Shown here in pieces: positions 51,429 through 61,388 of a stretch of 64,000 bases of DNA (its first letter is position 1; every line of letters begins with the position of its first letter). A program made the position numbers and the translations under genes. Source of the stretch: Longimicrobiales bacterium (GTDB taxonomy: Bacteria; Gemmatimonadota; Gemmatimonadetes; Longimicrobiales; Gaopeijiaceae); the NCBI GenBank assembly GCA_965116905.1, contig OZ220732.1, positions 3,104,001-3,168,000 of the forward strand, read 5' to 3'. A model generated the notes under the pieces. The model saw only the letters and a program-made list of their open reading frames with translations, searched no databases and was not told the origin of the DNA.

Positions 51429-51824
51429 CTATCGCTTGCTGAACTGGAAGCGCTTGCGGGCCTTGGGCCGGCCCGGCTTTTTGCGCTCGACCTTACGTGC
51501 GTCCCGGGTCAGCAGGCCACTTTCCCGCATGCTGGACCGGACCTCTTCGTCCTGGGCGACCAGGGCCCGCGCGACACCCAGACGGATCGCGTCGGCCTGG
51601 CCGGTGAGCCCGCCGCCCCGCACTCGCACATTCACGTCGAGGCTTCCCTCCGAGCCGGCCACGCGGAGCGGGTCCTCGATCCGCATCCGGTGCGCAGGTC
51701 TCGGGAAATAATCTTCGAGCTCACGGCCGTTGATCGACCAAAGTCCCCGCCCCGGGCGGAGAATCACGCGGGCGACACTGGTCTTTCTGCGTCCGACCGC
51801 TTGTATCGGCTGGTTGCTGGCCAT
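51429..51824 (-). CDS. rpsI: 30S ribosomal protein S9
   Basis: Motifs [22 protein letters not shown] and [17 protein letters not shown]. Confidence 0.97.
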   Translation of the reverse strand: MASNQPIQAVGRRKTSVARVILRPGRGLWSINGRELEDYFPRPAHRMRIEDPLRVAGSEGSLDVNVRVRGGGLTGQADAIRLGVARALVAQDEEVRSSMRESGLLTRDARKVERKKPGRPKARKRFQFSKR

Positions 51825-51841
51825 TGCGACTCCGTAGGAGA

Positions 51842-52273
51842 TCAGATTTCCAGGGGCCTGGGGCTCTGGCCCTGATGTGGATGCTGCGCGTCCGGGTAGA
51901 CCCGGAGTTTCCGGCGCATGGCCCGCCCCAGCCTGGTCTTCGGGAGCATGCCGCGAACCGCGAGTTCGATGACTCGATCGGGGAACCTCTCGATCATCCT
52001 GGAAAACGGTATGTGCTTGTCCCCGCCCATGTAGCCGGAGTGGCGAAAATAGGTCTTCTGCTCCGCCTTGCGGCCTGTAAGCAACACCCGCGCGGCGTTG
52101 ATGACGATGACGTGATCGCCGGTGTCCAGATGAGGCGTGTATATGGGCTTGTGCTTGCCCCGCAGGATCCGCGCCACCTCGGTAGCCAGGCGCCCCAGGG
52201 GTTTGCCCTCCGCATCGACGACCCACCAGGTCCGGTGGATGTCTTCCTTTTTGGGGGTGATGGTCTTCGTCAC
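51842..52273 (-). CDS. rplM: 50S ribosomal protein L13
   Basis: [13 protein letters not shown]...[17 protein letters not shown] and AVRGMLPK. Confidence 0.97.
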   Translation of the reverse strand: MTKTITPKKEDIHRTWWVVDAEGKPLGRLATEVARILRGKHKPIYTPHLDTGDHVIVINAARVLLTGRKAEQKTYFRHSGYMGGDKHIPFSRMIERFPDRVIELAVRGMLPKTRLGRAMRRKLRVYPDAQHPHQGQSPRPLEI

Positions 52274-52352
52274 GGTTCCCGTTCCAGCAACACGAAGCCG
52301 CCCCCCAAACGCTCGGGCGGGGCGCGGCACCCGAAAAAGACAACAGCATGGA

Positions 52353-52381
52353 AAGGTATCCGTGCTGGCGCGACGTGTCAA
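52353..52381 (-). promoter_or_regulatory. Sigma70 promoter for the rplM operon
   Basis: TTGACA-N17-TACCTT. Confidence 0.7.
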
Positions 52382-52405
52382 CGCGCGTTTCGTCCGATGG
52401 TGCGA

Positions 52406-53257
52406 CTAGTCGGAGAAGGACTCCAGCGCCCGCCTTCGGGAAGCGTGGCGGAGGTGATCCAGGGCCTTCTCCTTGATCTGGCGCACGCGTTCGCGCGTCA
52501 CCCCGAGCAGCTCTCCGATCTCTTCCAGGGACCTGGGCTCCTCGCCGCCGAGGCCGAAGTACAGCCGCAGGACCCTCGCCTCGCGCTCGGCCAGGGTTGC
52601 CAGGGTATCCGAAAGCGCCTCGGTCAGCAGCTTTTCGTACGTCTCCTCGTCGGGCCCCTGCGACACCCGGTCGGGAAGGTAGTCGATCAGGCGGCCATCC
52701 TCGCCGGGTACGAAGGGCGCGTCCAGTGAAACGGGCGAACGGGACAGCGTGAGGGCCTGTTCCACTTCGGCCTCGGTCAGTCCCAGGCCCCGCGCGATCT
52801 CGATCGCATTGGGTTCGCGGCCCAGCTCCTGAAGGCGCGCCGCCCGATATTTCGCGATTCGGTGCAGTGTCGCCACCCGGTTCAGCGGAACGCGCACGAT
52901 GCGGCTTTGCTCCGCGAGGGCCTGCAGGATGGACTGTCGTATCCACCAGACGGCATAGCTGATGAACTTGACGCCCCTGGTCTCGTCGAATTTGTGGGCC
53001 GCCCGGATCAATCCCAGGTTTCCTTCGCTGATCAGGTCGTGCAGCGGCACGCCCTGGTTCTGGTACTTCTTCGAAACGGACACCACGAACCGCAGGTTTG
53101 CGCGCACGAGCTTGACGAGGGCCTCCTCCTCGCCCCGCCTGATCCCCTGTGCGAGCCGGGCTTCCTCCTCCTGATCAATCAGCGGATACCGGCTGATCTC
53201 CTGCAGGTACAGGTCCAGGGAATCGTCGAACGGTTGGGATCGGCCGGTCAGGCTCAT
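52406..53257 (-). CDS. RNA polymerase sigma factor, RpoD/SigA family (no region 1.1)
   Basis: Motifs YLQEI, ANLRFVVSV.KKY, DLISEGNLGLIRA..KFD, YAVWWIRQ and TRERVRQI; ~283 aa. Confidence 0.93.
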   Translation of the reverse strand: MSLTGRSQPFDDSLDLYLQEISRYPLIDQEEEARLAQGIRRGEEEALVKLVRANLRFVVSVSKKYQNQGVPLHDLISEGNLGLIRAAHKFDETRGVKFISYAVWWIRQSILQALAEQSRIVRVPLNRVATLHRIAKYRAARLQELGREPNAIEIARGLGLTEAEVEQALTLSRSPVSLDAPFVPGEDGRLIDYLPDRVSQGPDEETYEKLLTEALSDTLATLAEREARVLRLYFGLGGEEPRSLEEIGELLGVTRERVRQIKEKALDHLRHASRRRALESFSD

Positions 53258-53413
53258 GAGTCGTCTCTGGCTCGGGGACCACGGAACTCCGGTGAACATC
53301 CGGCCGCCATGGCCCGCTGCTGGTCAATGCCTTCAGGAAGGGTCGGTTCCGGGGTGCCACGCAATGTGAGACCCCGACCGCAAGTCCGAAAGGCCCGGGT
53401 CAGGCAGCGCTCG

Positions 53414-54772
53414 CTAGCCACGCTGCAGACCATGTCTCTCAATCTTCTTGTAGAGGTTCGAGCGCGGCATCCCCATCCGGCGGGCGGCCTCCGAGACATT
53501 CCATTCGTGATCCCTCAGCTTCCCGGCGATGAAGGCCTTTTCGGCCGCGTCCTTGAATTCGCTGAGCGTCTCCAGCGCCATCATGTCTCCGGGGACGCCG
53601 GGCTCCGCGTCGTCGGGCCTCACCAGGGCGTCCACATCCGCGCGTTCCACCGAATCGCCCCCGCTCAGGATCATGAGACGCGCCACCGCGTTCTTCAGCT
53701 GGCGAACGTTGCCGGTCCAGTCCGAATCGACCAGCGCCTCCAGCGCACCCTCGGTGAACTGCTTGTACGGCACTCCGTAGCTTCCGGGAACGAGATCCGC
53801 GAAGTGCGCCACAAGCATGGGTATGTCCTCGCGGCGTTCCCGCAGGGGCGGGACCCGAATCGTCACCATGTTGAGGCGGTGCAGGAGGTCCTCCCTGAAG
53901 TCCCCCTTCTCGATCTGGTCGTAGAGATCCTTGTTGGTCGCGGCGATCACGCGAACGTCGACGGACGCGGGACGCGCTCCTCCAACCGGCGTGATGTCAC
54001 CACCCTGCAGGGCCCGGAGCACCTTGGCCTGGGCCGCGAGGGACATGTCCCCCACCTCATCGAGGAAGAGCGTCCCGCGGTGGGCCTGCTCGAACTTGCC
54101 GACCCGGTCCGCCACCGCCCCGGTGAACGACCCCTTTACATGGCCGAATAGTTCCGATTCGATCAGCTCCGAGGGGATGGCCGCGCAGTTCACCTCGACG
54201 AACCGCCGTTTCACGCGCGCCGAGCGGCGGTGCAGCGCCTTGGCGGTCAGTTCCTTGCCGGTCCCGTTTTCGCCCGTGATCAGGACGGGCGCATCCGTGG
54301 CGCCGACCTTCTCGATGTCGCGCAGGATCTGCCGAATGGCCGGCGATGCACCCACGATGCCGTGGTGGATCTCGATCTCGCTCGTCAGGCGCTCCACGCT
54401 GTCGGACAGTCCCCGGACCATGAGCGCGTTGCGCAAGGTCACCAGCAGCCGGGTGGTGTCGAGGGGTTTCTCAAGGAAGTCGAAGGCCCCCTTGCGCGTC
54501 GCCTCGACGGCGGTGCCGATGGTCCCGTGCCCCGACACCATGACCACCACGGCGCCCGAGTCGGCCTCCCGAATCCGTTCAAGGACCTCCAGCCCGTCCA
54601 TCTTGGGCATCTTCACGTCGAGGAAGACGACGTCGGGCCGAAAATCCGGGTAGTCGATCAGCCCGCTCGGGCCATTGGGCGACAGGTGCACCCGGTGTCC
54701 CTCGTACTCGAACAGCTGCTTCAGCGCGACGCCGACCGACTCTTCGTCGTCTATGATGAGAATCCTGGCCAT
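53414..54772 (-). CDS. Sigma54-dependent response regulator (NtrC/NtrX family)
   Basis: REC domain (IDDE, LDVKMP), GENGTGKE, ESELFGH.KGSFTGA, LFLDE, GNVRQL and a Fis-type HTH. Confidence 0.95.
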   Translation of the reverse strand: MARILIIDDEESVGVALKQLFEYEGHRVHLSPNGPSGLIDYPDFRPDVVFLDVKMPKMDGLEVLERIREADSGAVVVMVSGHGTIGTAVEATRKGAFDFLEKPLDTTRLLVTLRNALMVRGLSDSVERLTSEIEIHHGIVGASPAIRQILRDIEKVGATDAPVLITGENGTGKELTAKALHRRSARVKRRFVEVNCAAIPSELIESELFGHVKGSFTGAVADRVGKFEQAHRGTLFLDEVGDMSLAAQAKVLRALQGGDITPVGGARPASVDVRVIAATNKDLYDQIEKGDFREDLLHRLNMVTIRVPPLRERREDIPMLVAHFADLVPGSYGVPYKQFTEGALEALVDSDWTGNVRQLKNAVARLMILSGGDSVERADVDALVRPDDAEPGVPGDMMALETLSEFKDAAEKAFIAGKLRDHEWNVSEAARRMGMPRSNLYKKIERHGLQRG

Positions 54773-54802
54773 GGCTTCGACTCCAGGTTGTCTCCCGGCC
54801 CG

Positions 54803-55408
54803 CTAGTTGCGGACCGGCACGGTCATGGTGCTCCGGGTCTTCGTCCCGCCGAGTGTTACCCCGTGAACGTTGGCGTACCGGGGCCCGTCGGGGAACAGCG
54901 TGCTCTGAACGATGTGGACGGCATCGATGTCGAACCATTGGGCTCCGGTGGACAACTCACCCTGACAGGATCCGCTCCGCCTGCGCCACCCGGGAGTACC
55001 ACCGCGCATGGTCCTTCCAACCGTAAGATGCGGCTTGAACACCCGGCGCTCCGCGGCGATGCCCTCCTGGGCGAGTGCGCGATCCAGGAGGTTGCGCATG
55101 CGCACCAGCGGATCCGCCTGCAGTCCTACCCAGTAGACGCGCGGGACGCCTCTCCGGGGGAATGTTCCGTTGCCAGTCAGGCAGGCCCGAAAAGCGGGTT
55201 CCGGCGACAGCGCCTCCGCGGCGCGCACCAGTCGGGGGAACAGCGCGGCAGCGACGTCGCCCATGAAGCGCAGCGTGACATGGTAGCGGCGGGGCGGTAT
55301 CCAGCGGACACCGGTGGTGGCGTCGCGCAGCGGTGCCAGCGAGTCCCACAGGCGCTCCCGCACCTCCTCCGGGGGCCACACGGCGAAGAAGAGTCTCCGG
55401 GTCTTCAA
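54803..55408 (-). CDS. thpR: RNA 2',3'-cyclic phosphodiesterase (2H family)
   Basis: RLFFAV and two HxT motifs (HVTL, PHLTV); TTGA overlap with the upstream gene. Confidence 0.88.
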   Translation of the reverse strand: MKTRRLFFAVWPPEEVRERLWDSLAPLRDATTGVRWIPPRRYHVTLRFMGDVAAALFPRLVRAAEALSPEPAFRACLTGNGTFPRRGVPRVYWVGLQADPLVRMRNLLDRALAQEGIAAERRVFKPHLTVGRTMRGGTPGWRRRSGSCQGELSTGAQWFDIDAVHIVQSTLFPDGPRYANVHGVTLGGTKTRSTMTVPVRN

Positions 55409-56571
55409 GGGACCTGCACGGCCACCGGCTTCACGATTGCGTCCACTGCGGTGACCGCGGCCTCGACGTCCTCGCCGGTGGACGCCCACCCCAGCGAAAA
55501 CCGCACGGCTCCATCGCCGGAGGTGCCCAGAATCCTGTGAACCTCCGGTGCGCAGTGCAGCCCCGCCCTCGTCTGCACCCGGTGTTCCCTGTCCAGCCGT
55601 CCGGCCAGCGTCGCCGCGTCCATCGAATCCGCCTTGACCGTCACGACGGGCACGCCATGCGGTGCCGGGGGCGACAGCACCGTCAGGCCCGGAATCCGGG
55701 ACAGGCCGTCGAACAGCCTGGCCTTCAGGGTCATCTCACGGGCATGCACCGCCTCGGTGCCGGTCTCCGCGAGGAACCTGCAGGCCGCCAGGAGCCCCGC
55801 AATCCCGGGCGAGTTCCCCGTCCCCGCCTCCAGCCGGTCCGGCATGGCGCTCGGCATGCGGCGGCGACGCGAGTCCCCACCCGTGCCGCCGCAAAGCAGC
55901 GACCGGCACTCCAGGCCTTCCCTCACCCACAACCCGCCCGTGCCCTGCGGACCCAGGAGCCCCTTGTGTCCCGTGAAGGCGATCACGTCCGCCGCAGGGT
56001 CGGAGGGGGGCGGAAGGTGGCCGGCCGACTGCGCCGCATCGGCAACGACGACCGCTCCGGCGTCGCGGGCGGCCGCAGCCAGGGCCTCGACCGGCAACCG
56101 GGTCCCGAGCACATTCGACGCGACATTGACCACCAGCACCCGTGCTCCGTCCAGGAGCCCGACCGCCTCATCCATGTCGACGCCGCCGTCGGGACTGCCC
56201 GACAGCATTCGAACCTCGACGCCCATCGAGGTCGCGAGGAAGTGCGCGGGCCGAAACACGGCGTTGTGATCGTACTGAGAGATGACCAGCACGTCGCCCT
56301 CGCCCAGCAGGCCCCACAGAGCCGTGTTCAGGGCGTGCGTCGCGTTGTGCATGAAGGCGATACGCCCGGGATCGCCGGGCAACCCCAGCATCCGGGCGAG
56401 TGCGCGGCGGCAGCGAAAGGCGATCCGCGCCGCCTCCGTGGCGCCGGAATGTCCGCCTCGTCCGGGGGTGCAGCCGTTCCCGCGCAGAAAGTCCGCGACC
56501 GCTGCCGTGACCTCGGGCGGACGCACCGCCGAAGTGGCGGCATAGTCCATGTAGTGAATCATGCCGTGCAT
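55405..56571 (-). CDS. Cysteine desulfurase-family PLP enzyme (aminotransferase class V)
   Basis: Motifs YMDYAATS, NATHALN, DAAQSAG, TGHK.L.GP.G.G, EAGT and RAGLHCA. Confidence 0.9.
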   Translation of the reverse strand: MHGMIHYMDYAATSAVRPPEVTAAVADFLRGNGCTPGRGGHSGATEAARIAFRCRRALARMLGLPGDPGRIAFMHNATHALNTALWGLLGEGDVLVISQYDHNAVFRPAHFLATSMGVEVRMLSGSPDGGVDMDEAVGLLDGARVLVVNVASNVLGTRLPVEALAAAARDAGAVVVADAAQSAGHLPPPSDPAADVIAFTGHKGLLGPQGTGGLWVREGLECRSLLCGGTGGDSRRRRMPSAMPDRLEAGTGNSPGIAGLLAACRFLAETGTEAVHAREMTLKARLFDGLSRIPGLTVLSPPAPHGVPVVTVKADSMDAATLAGRLDREHRVQTRAGLHCAPEVHRILGTSGDGAVRFSLGWASTGEDVEAAVTAVDAIVKPVAVQVP

Positions 56572-56705
56572 CCCTGAGGAATCGCTACGATGGCAGGCTA
56601 ATGCCTGCACTCGCACCCGAACAAGGTATGCCCGGAAAGCGACCTCCGTCGCTGCCTTCCGCAACGCGCCCCTCGGGACGTTTGGCAACGGCCGCGACAC
56701 GCCTG

Positions 56706-58235
56706 TCAGGTGCCGCGTCCGGCGGGCGTTCCGTGCAGCCCCGACCGCAGACGGAGCGCCTCCGCGACCTGCGGGCTATCGATGCGATCCATTCCTCCGA
56801 GATCCGCGATCGTGCGCGCGACGCGCAGTGTACGATGCACGGCCCGTGCGGACAGCTGATAGGCCTCCGCGCCCTCCTCCAGGAGCGCCGCCCCGGCGTC
56901 CGACAGCTCGCAGAATCTCATGACGTCACGCGCGTGCATCGTCGCGTTGCAGGCGAGGCGATCGCCGTGGCGCGCGGCCTGACGCGCCCGGGCCTCGAGG
57001 ACATGCTCCCGGGCTGCGGCCGTCCCCGTGGCCGGGACGCCGTCGCCACCCGTGAGTTCCCTCCACGTGACCGGATGCATCCGCACCTGCAGGTCGATTC
57101 GGTCCAGCAGAGGACCCGAAAGGCGCGACCGATAGCGCGCAACGTCCCGGTCCGCGCATATGCAGTCCTCGCCCTCCAGCCCGCACGGGCACGGATTCAT
57201 GGCCGCCACCAGCTGGAATCGCGCCGGAAACGTGACCGTGTGACGAACCCGGGCAATGCGGACCAGGCCGGACTCGATCGGTTGCCGCAGGGTTTCAAGG
57301 ACGCGCCGGCTGAATTCCGGCAGTTCATCGAGGAACAGCACCCCCAGGTGCGCCAGACTGATTTCGCCGGGGCGCGGGGGAACGCCTCCTCCTATGATGC
57401 CTCCCGCCGAGATCGTGTGATGCGGTGCGCGAAAGGGACGCCGGGTCTTCACCGGCCGGTCACTGTCCAGGAGTCCGGCAACCGAGTGAACCCTCGTCAC
57501 CTCGAGCGACTCGGACTCCAGCAACGGCGGAAGCAGTCCAGCAAGCCGCCTTGCGAGCATCGTCTTCCCCGCACCCGGCGGACCCGCCATGAGGAGACTG
57601 TGTCCGCCCGCAGCCGCGATCACCAGCGCCCGCTTCGCCAGATGCTGACCGCGGACATCCTCCAGGTCGGGCAGGTCCGGAGGGGGTTCGACGGGCTCCA
57701 CCGGAATCGGCAGCGGATCCCGTTCACCCCGGAGAATCCCAACGGTCTCCTCCAGGGACGACACCGGCACCACGTCCACACCCGGAACCGCAGATGCCTC
57801 ACGGGCGTTGGCCGCTGGCACGAAAAGGCGGCTCGTACCATGGGACCGGCAGCTCATGGCCAGCGCGATCGCGCCACGCACGGGGCGCACCGATCCGTCG
57901 AGCCCCAACTCGCCGACGAAGGCATCATCCGCAATCGCGTCCATCGGCACATGTTCCTCCGCCGCCAGCAGCGCCACTGCGATCGGGAGGTCGAACCCCG
58001 AGCCCGACTTCGGCAGATCCGCGGGCGCCAGGTTGACCGTCACCCGCCGGGGAGGCGAGGACAATTCATCGGTCTGCGCGATCGCGGCGAAGACCCGCTC
58101 CTTCCCCTCACGGACCGCCCCCGCCGGCAGACCGACGACAGTGAAGAGCGGCAGTCCGTTCCCGACCTTCACCTCAACACTGACCGGCTGTCCCTCGACG
58201 CCGTTTACCCAAAAGGAATGAACGATTGCCAGCAT
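56706..58235 (-). CDS. comM: YifB/ComM-family Mg-chelatase-like AAA+ ATPase
   Basis: Motifs VNLAPAD..K.G..FDLPIA, GPPGAGKTM, PFRAPHH, PGEISLAH.GVLFLDE and AMNPCPCG; SD GGAGG. Confidence 0.93.
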   Translation of the reverse strand: MLAIVHSFWVNGVEGQPVSVEVKVGNGLPLFTVVGLPAGAVREGKERVFAAIAQTDELSSPPRRVTVNLAPADLPKSGSGFDLPIAVALLAAEEHVPMDAIADDAFVGELGLDGSVRPVRGAIALAMSCRSHGTSRLFVPAANAREASAVPGVDVVPVSSLEETVGILRGERDPLPIPVEPVEPPPDLPDLEDVRGQHLAKRALVIAAAGGHSLLMAGPPGAGKTMLARRLAGLLPPLLESESLEVTRVHSVAGLLDSDRPVKTRRPFRAPHHTISAGGIIGGGVPPRPGEISLAHLGVLFLDELPEFSRRVLETLRQPIESGLVRIARVRHTVTFPARFQLVAAMNPCPCGLEGEDCICADRDVARYRSRLSGPLLDRIDLQVRMHPVTWRELTGGDGVPATGTAAAREHVLEARARQAARHGDRLACNATMHARDVMRFCELSDAGAALLEEGAEAYQLSARAVHRTLRVARTIADLGGMDRIDSPQVAEALRLRSGLHGTPAGRGT

Positions 58236-58469
58236 GGTTCCTCCACCTCCGTTCGCGCGGTCCCGGCACGAGCCCCGGCCGGGCCGCATGGAGGGTATAC
58301 CCCAAACGGGGGCGCTGGCATGGCTGAATCGGCCACCTGGAGCGGGTCTTCGCCGCCGGGTCTTCGACGCCGCCCTGCGGAATATCGGTGCCGGTCCGGG
58401 GACGGGGGTCTGGCGAAACGCCCTCCGAGAGTGCAAGTTGGTCGGGTTTTTGACCGGGAGAATACACTG

Positions 58470-59606
58470 ATGACAATCGCTATCCTGGCCGAGAGCCGAC
58501 CGGGTGAACGCCGGGTCGCCCTTGTGCCCGATGTCTCGCGACAGTACCGGAAGCGGGGCTGGAACCTTCGCATCCAGGCCGGAGCAGGAATCGGCGCCTC
58601 CTTCCCGGACGCGGACTACTCCGAGGCCGAGATTACGGTGGCGCCGGACCGTGATGCACTGCTCGACGGCGCGCGCACGGTGCTCAAGGTGCAGCCTCCT
58701 TCCCCGGACGAGGCGGCCGCCCTGCCCTCGGGGTCCGTGCTGGTTTGCCACCTGAACCCGCTGGATCCGACCGACGCCATCGAGGCGCTGGCGGACCGGG
58801 GCGTGACCTCGTTTGCGGTCGAACTGATCCCGAGGATCACGCGGGCGCAGAAGATGGACGTCCTCTCCTCACAGGCGACCGTGGCGGGCTACAAGGCGGT
58901 CCTCATGGGGGCGGACGCCATGACGCGGTTCCTTCCCATGCTGACGACCGCGGCCGGCACCGTCCGTCCCGCAAAGGCGCTGATTCTCGGGGCGGGGGTC
59001 GCCGGACTTCAGGCAATCGCCACCGCGCGCCGCCTGGGAGCGGTGGTCTCCGCGTTCGACATCCGGCCCGCGGTCAAGGAGCAGGTGCAGAGCCTCGGCG
59101 CGAAGTTCCTCGAGGCAGCGCTGGACGACGCGGCGGAGGACGAGGGGGGCTACGCCCGGGCGCTTTCCGAGGAACAGCACGAGCGCGAACTGGAATTGAT
59201 CGCAGCCAACATCAAGGACCAGGACCTGGTGATCACGACCGCGCAGATTCCGGGCAAGCCGGCCCCCGTCCTGATCACCGAGGAGATGGTCGCGACCATG
59301 CGGCCCGGCAGCGCCATCGTCGACCTCGCCTCCGAGTCGGGCGGCAACTGCGAAGTCACGGTCGCGGGCCGCTCCGTGGACCACGGGGGCGTGACGGTGA
59401 TGGGACCGACGAACCTGCCGGCCGAACTGCCCTTCCACGCCAGCCAGATGTACTCCCGCAACCTGGCCAGCTTCGTGGACGATCTGTTCGACGACGAAGG
59501 GGAGATCGATTTCAACGACGAGATCACGGCCGCCACCTGCGTCACTCACGGCGGCGAAATCAGAAACGAACGCGTCAGGGAGCAGCTGGCGTCCGCAACG
59601 GAGTAG
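58470..59606 (+). CDS. pntAA: NAD(P) transhydrogenase subunit alpha part 1 (domain I)
   Basis: Motifs ERRVALVP, PRITRAQKMDVLSSQ, GAGVAGLQAIATA and GGNCE. Confidence 0.95.
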   Translation: MTIAILAESRPGERRVALVPDVSRQYRKRGWNLRIQAGAGIGASFPDADYSEAEITVAPDRDALLDGARTVLKVQPPSPDEAAALPSGSVLVCHLNPLDPTDAIEALADRGVTSFAVELIPRITRAQKMDVLSSQATVAGYKAVLMGADAMTRFLPMLTTAAGTVRPAKALILGAGVAGLQAIATARRLGAVVSAFDIRPAVKEQVQSLGAKFLEAALDDAAEDEGGYARALSEEQHERELELIAANIKDQDLVITTAQIPGKPAPVLITEEMVATMRPGSAIVDLASESGGNCEVTVAGRSVDHGGVTVMGPTNLPAELPFHASQMYSRNLASFVDDLFDDEGEIDFNDEITAATCVTHGGEIRNERVREQLASATE

Positions 59607-59613
59607 CGAATCC

Positions 59614-59892
59614 ATGGGTGAACTGCTGATCCTGCTGTACATCTTCGTACTCGCCACCCTTGCCGGGAAGGAAGTGATCTCCAAGGTCCCACCGACCCTG
59701 CACACGCCGCTGATGTCCGGCGCGAACGCCATCTCGGGCATTGCCATCATCGGCGCGCTGGTGGTCACCGGCGCCGCTGAGGAACCGTGGGTCAAGGTGC
59801 TCGGAATCGCGGGAATCGTGATGGCGACGATCAACGTGGTCGGCGGCTTCATGGTGACCGACCGCATGTTGCAGATGTTCCGGAAACGCTGA
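59614..59892 (+). CDS. pntAB: NAD(P) transhydrogenase subunit alpha part 2
   Basis: Motifs VPPTLHTPLMSGANAISG and NVVGGF.VTDRML.MF. Confidence 0.95.
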   Translation: MGELLILLYIFVLATLAGKEVISKVPPTLHTPLMSGANAISGIAIIGALVVTGAAEEPWVKVLGIAGIVMATINVVGGFMVTDRMLQMFRKR

Positions 59893-59899
59893 GGTTAAC

Positions 59900-61321
59900 G
59901 TGGAATCCAACACCATCACCCAGATCGCCTACCTGATCTCGGCGGTCCTGTTCGTCTCCGGGATCAAGCAACTCTCTTCTCCGGCCACAGCCCGCTCCGG
60001 GAACGCCCGGGCATCGCTGGCCATGCTCCTGGCCATCGTCGTCACGCTCCTGGACCACGAAATCCTCGATTGGACGACGGTGGTGGCCGCGGTCGTGGCC
60101 GGCGCCGCGATCGGCGGCATTCTGGCCAGGTACATACAGATGACCGCCATGCCGCAGCTGGTCGCCGTCTTCAACGGCTTCGGGGGCGGCGCGTCGGCGG
60201 CCGTCGCGGCTGCCGAATTCCTGCGGGCGGGCGGAAGCGGCCCGTCGCTCGAACTCGGCGTCGGCGTCACGATCGTGCTCGGCACGCTGATTGGCGCCGT
60301 CACGTTCTCGGGCAGCCTCATCGCCTTCGGCAAGCTGCAGGGCGTCGTGACCGGAAGTCCGGTGACCTTCCCTCTCCAGAAGACCTTCAACGCCATCCTT
60401 TTCCTCGGCGTCCTGCTGATCGGCGCCAGCCTCGCGCACGCCGGCAGCGTCGCCCCGGTGTTCGGCATGGGCGCGCTGGAGATCAGCGGTCCGTTCTTCC
60501 TGGCGCTCGTGGTCGGCGCGCTGATCCTCGGCGTCCTGCTGGTTATCCCGATCGGCGGTGCGGACATGCCGGTCGTGGTATCCCTGCTCAACTCCTACTC
60601 GGGAATCGCGGCGGCGACCACCGGATTCGTGCTGAACAACTACATCCTGATCATCGCGGGGTCGCTGGTCGGGGCGGCGGGCCTGATCCTGACACAGCTC
60701 ATGTGCAAGGCCATGAACCGCTCCCTGGGCAACGTGGCGTTCGGCGCGTTCGGCACCGAGGGACAGACGGCCAGGGTGAAGACCGGACAGCGCCCGGTAC
60801 GCGATGTCGACGCGGAGCAGGCCGCGATGGTGCTGGCATACGCCGGCTCGGTCGCTGTGGTGCCCGGCTACGGTCTGGCCGTCGCACAGGCCCAGCACGA
60901 GCTCAAGAAGGTCTGCGACCTGCTTGAGGATCGCGGCGTCACGGTGCGTTTCGGCGTACATCCGGTCGCGGGCCGAATGCCGGGGCACATGAACGTCCTG
61001 CTGGCCGAGGCGGACGTGTCGTACGACAAGCTTCTCGACCTGGACGACATCAACGCCGAGTTCGACTCGACGGATGTGGTGCTGATCGTGGGCGCCAACG
61101 ACGTTGTGAACCCGGCGGCCCGCGACCCGGACTCGGTCATCGCGGGTATGCCGATCCTGGACGTGGACAAGGCCCGCACCGTAATCGTGATGAAGCGCTC
61201 GCTGAGCCCGGGATTTGCCGGCATCGACAACGACCTCTTCTACATGGACAACACCCTGATGTTCTTCGGGGACGCCAAGGATCAGATGTCGGAGCTGGTG
61301 AAGGAGGTGCGCGAGGCCTAG
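59900..61321 (+). CDS. pntB: NAD(P) transhydrogenase subunit beta
   Basis: Motifs MTAMPQLVA.FNG.GG, IGGADMPVV.SLLNSYSG, HPVAGRMPGHMNVLLAEA and GANDVVNP. Confidence 0.97.
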   Translation: MESNTITQIAYLISAVLFVSGIKQLSSPATARSGNARASLAMLLAIVVTLLDHEILDWTTVVAAVVAGAAIGGILARYIQMTAMPQLVAVFNGFGGGASAAVAAAEFLRAGGSGPSLELGVGVTIVLGTLIGAVTFSGSLIAFGKLQGVVTGSPVTFPLQKTFNAILFLGVLLIGASLAHAGSVAPVFGMGALEISGPFFLALVVGALILGVLLVIPIGGADMPVVVSLLNSYSGIAAATTGFVLNNYILIIAGSLVGAAGLILTQLMCKAMNRSLGNVAFGAFGTEGQTARVKTGQRPVRDVDAEQAAMVLAYAGSVAVVPGYGLAVAQAQHELKKVCDLLEDRGVTVRFGVHPVAGRMPGHMNVLLAEADVSYDKLLDLDDINAEFDSTDVVLIVGANDVVNPAARDPDSVIAGMPILDVDKARTVIVMKRSLSPGFAGIDNDLFYMDNTLMFFGDAKDQMSELVKEVREA

Positions 61322-61388
61322 GAGATGGCCCAGGAGATCGTCGACGGACCCCTTTCGGCCGCGGCCTGGCGTGTGCGTGCCGCTGGCT

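Noticed and set aside
53340..53359. Sigma54 promoter (TGGCAC) between the NtrC-like gene and the sigma factor
   Set aside because: No TTGC at the -12 position.
56601..58469. 1001-aa ORF suggesting a long N-terminal fusion on PntA
   Set aside because: The extension is the antisense shadow of comM; PntA homology starts at ATG 58470 after a GGGAG SD.
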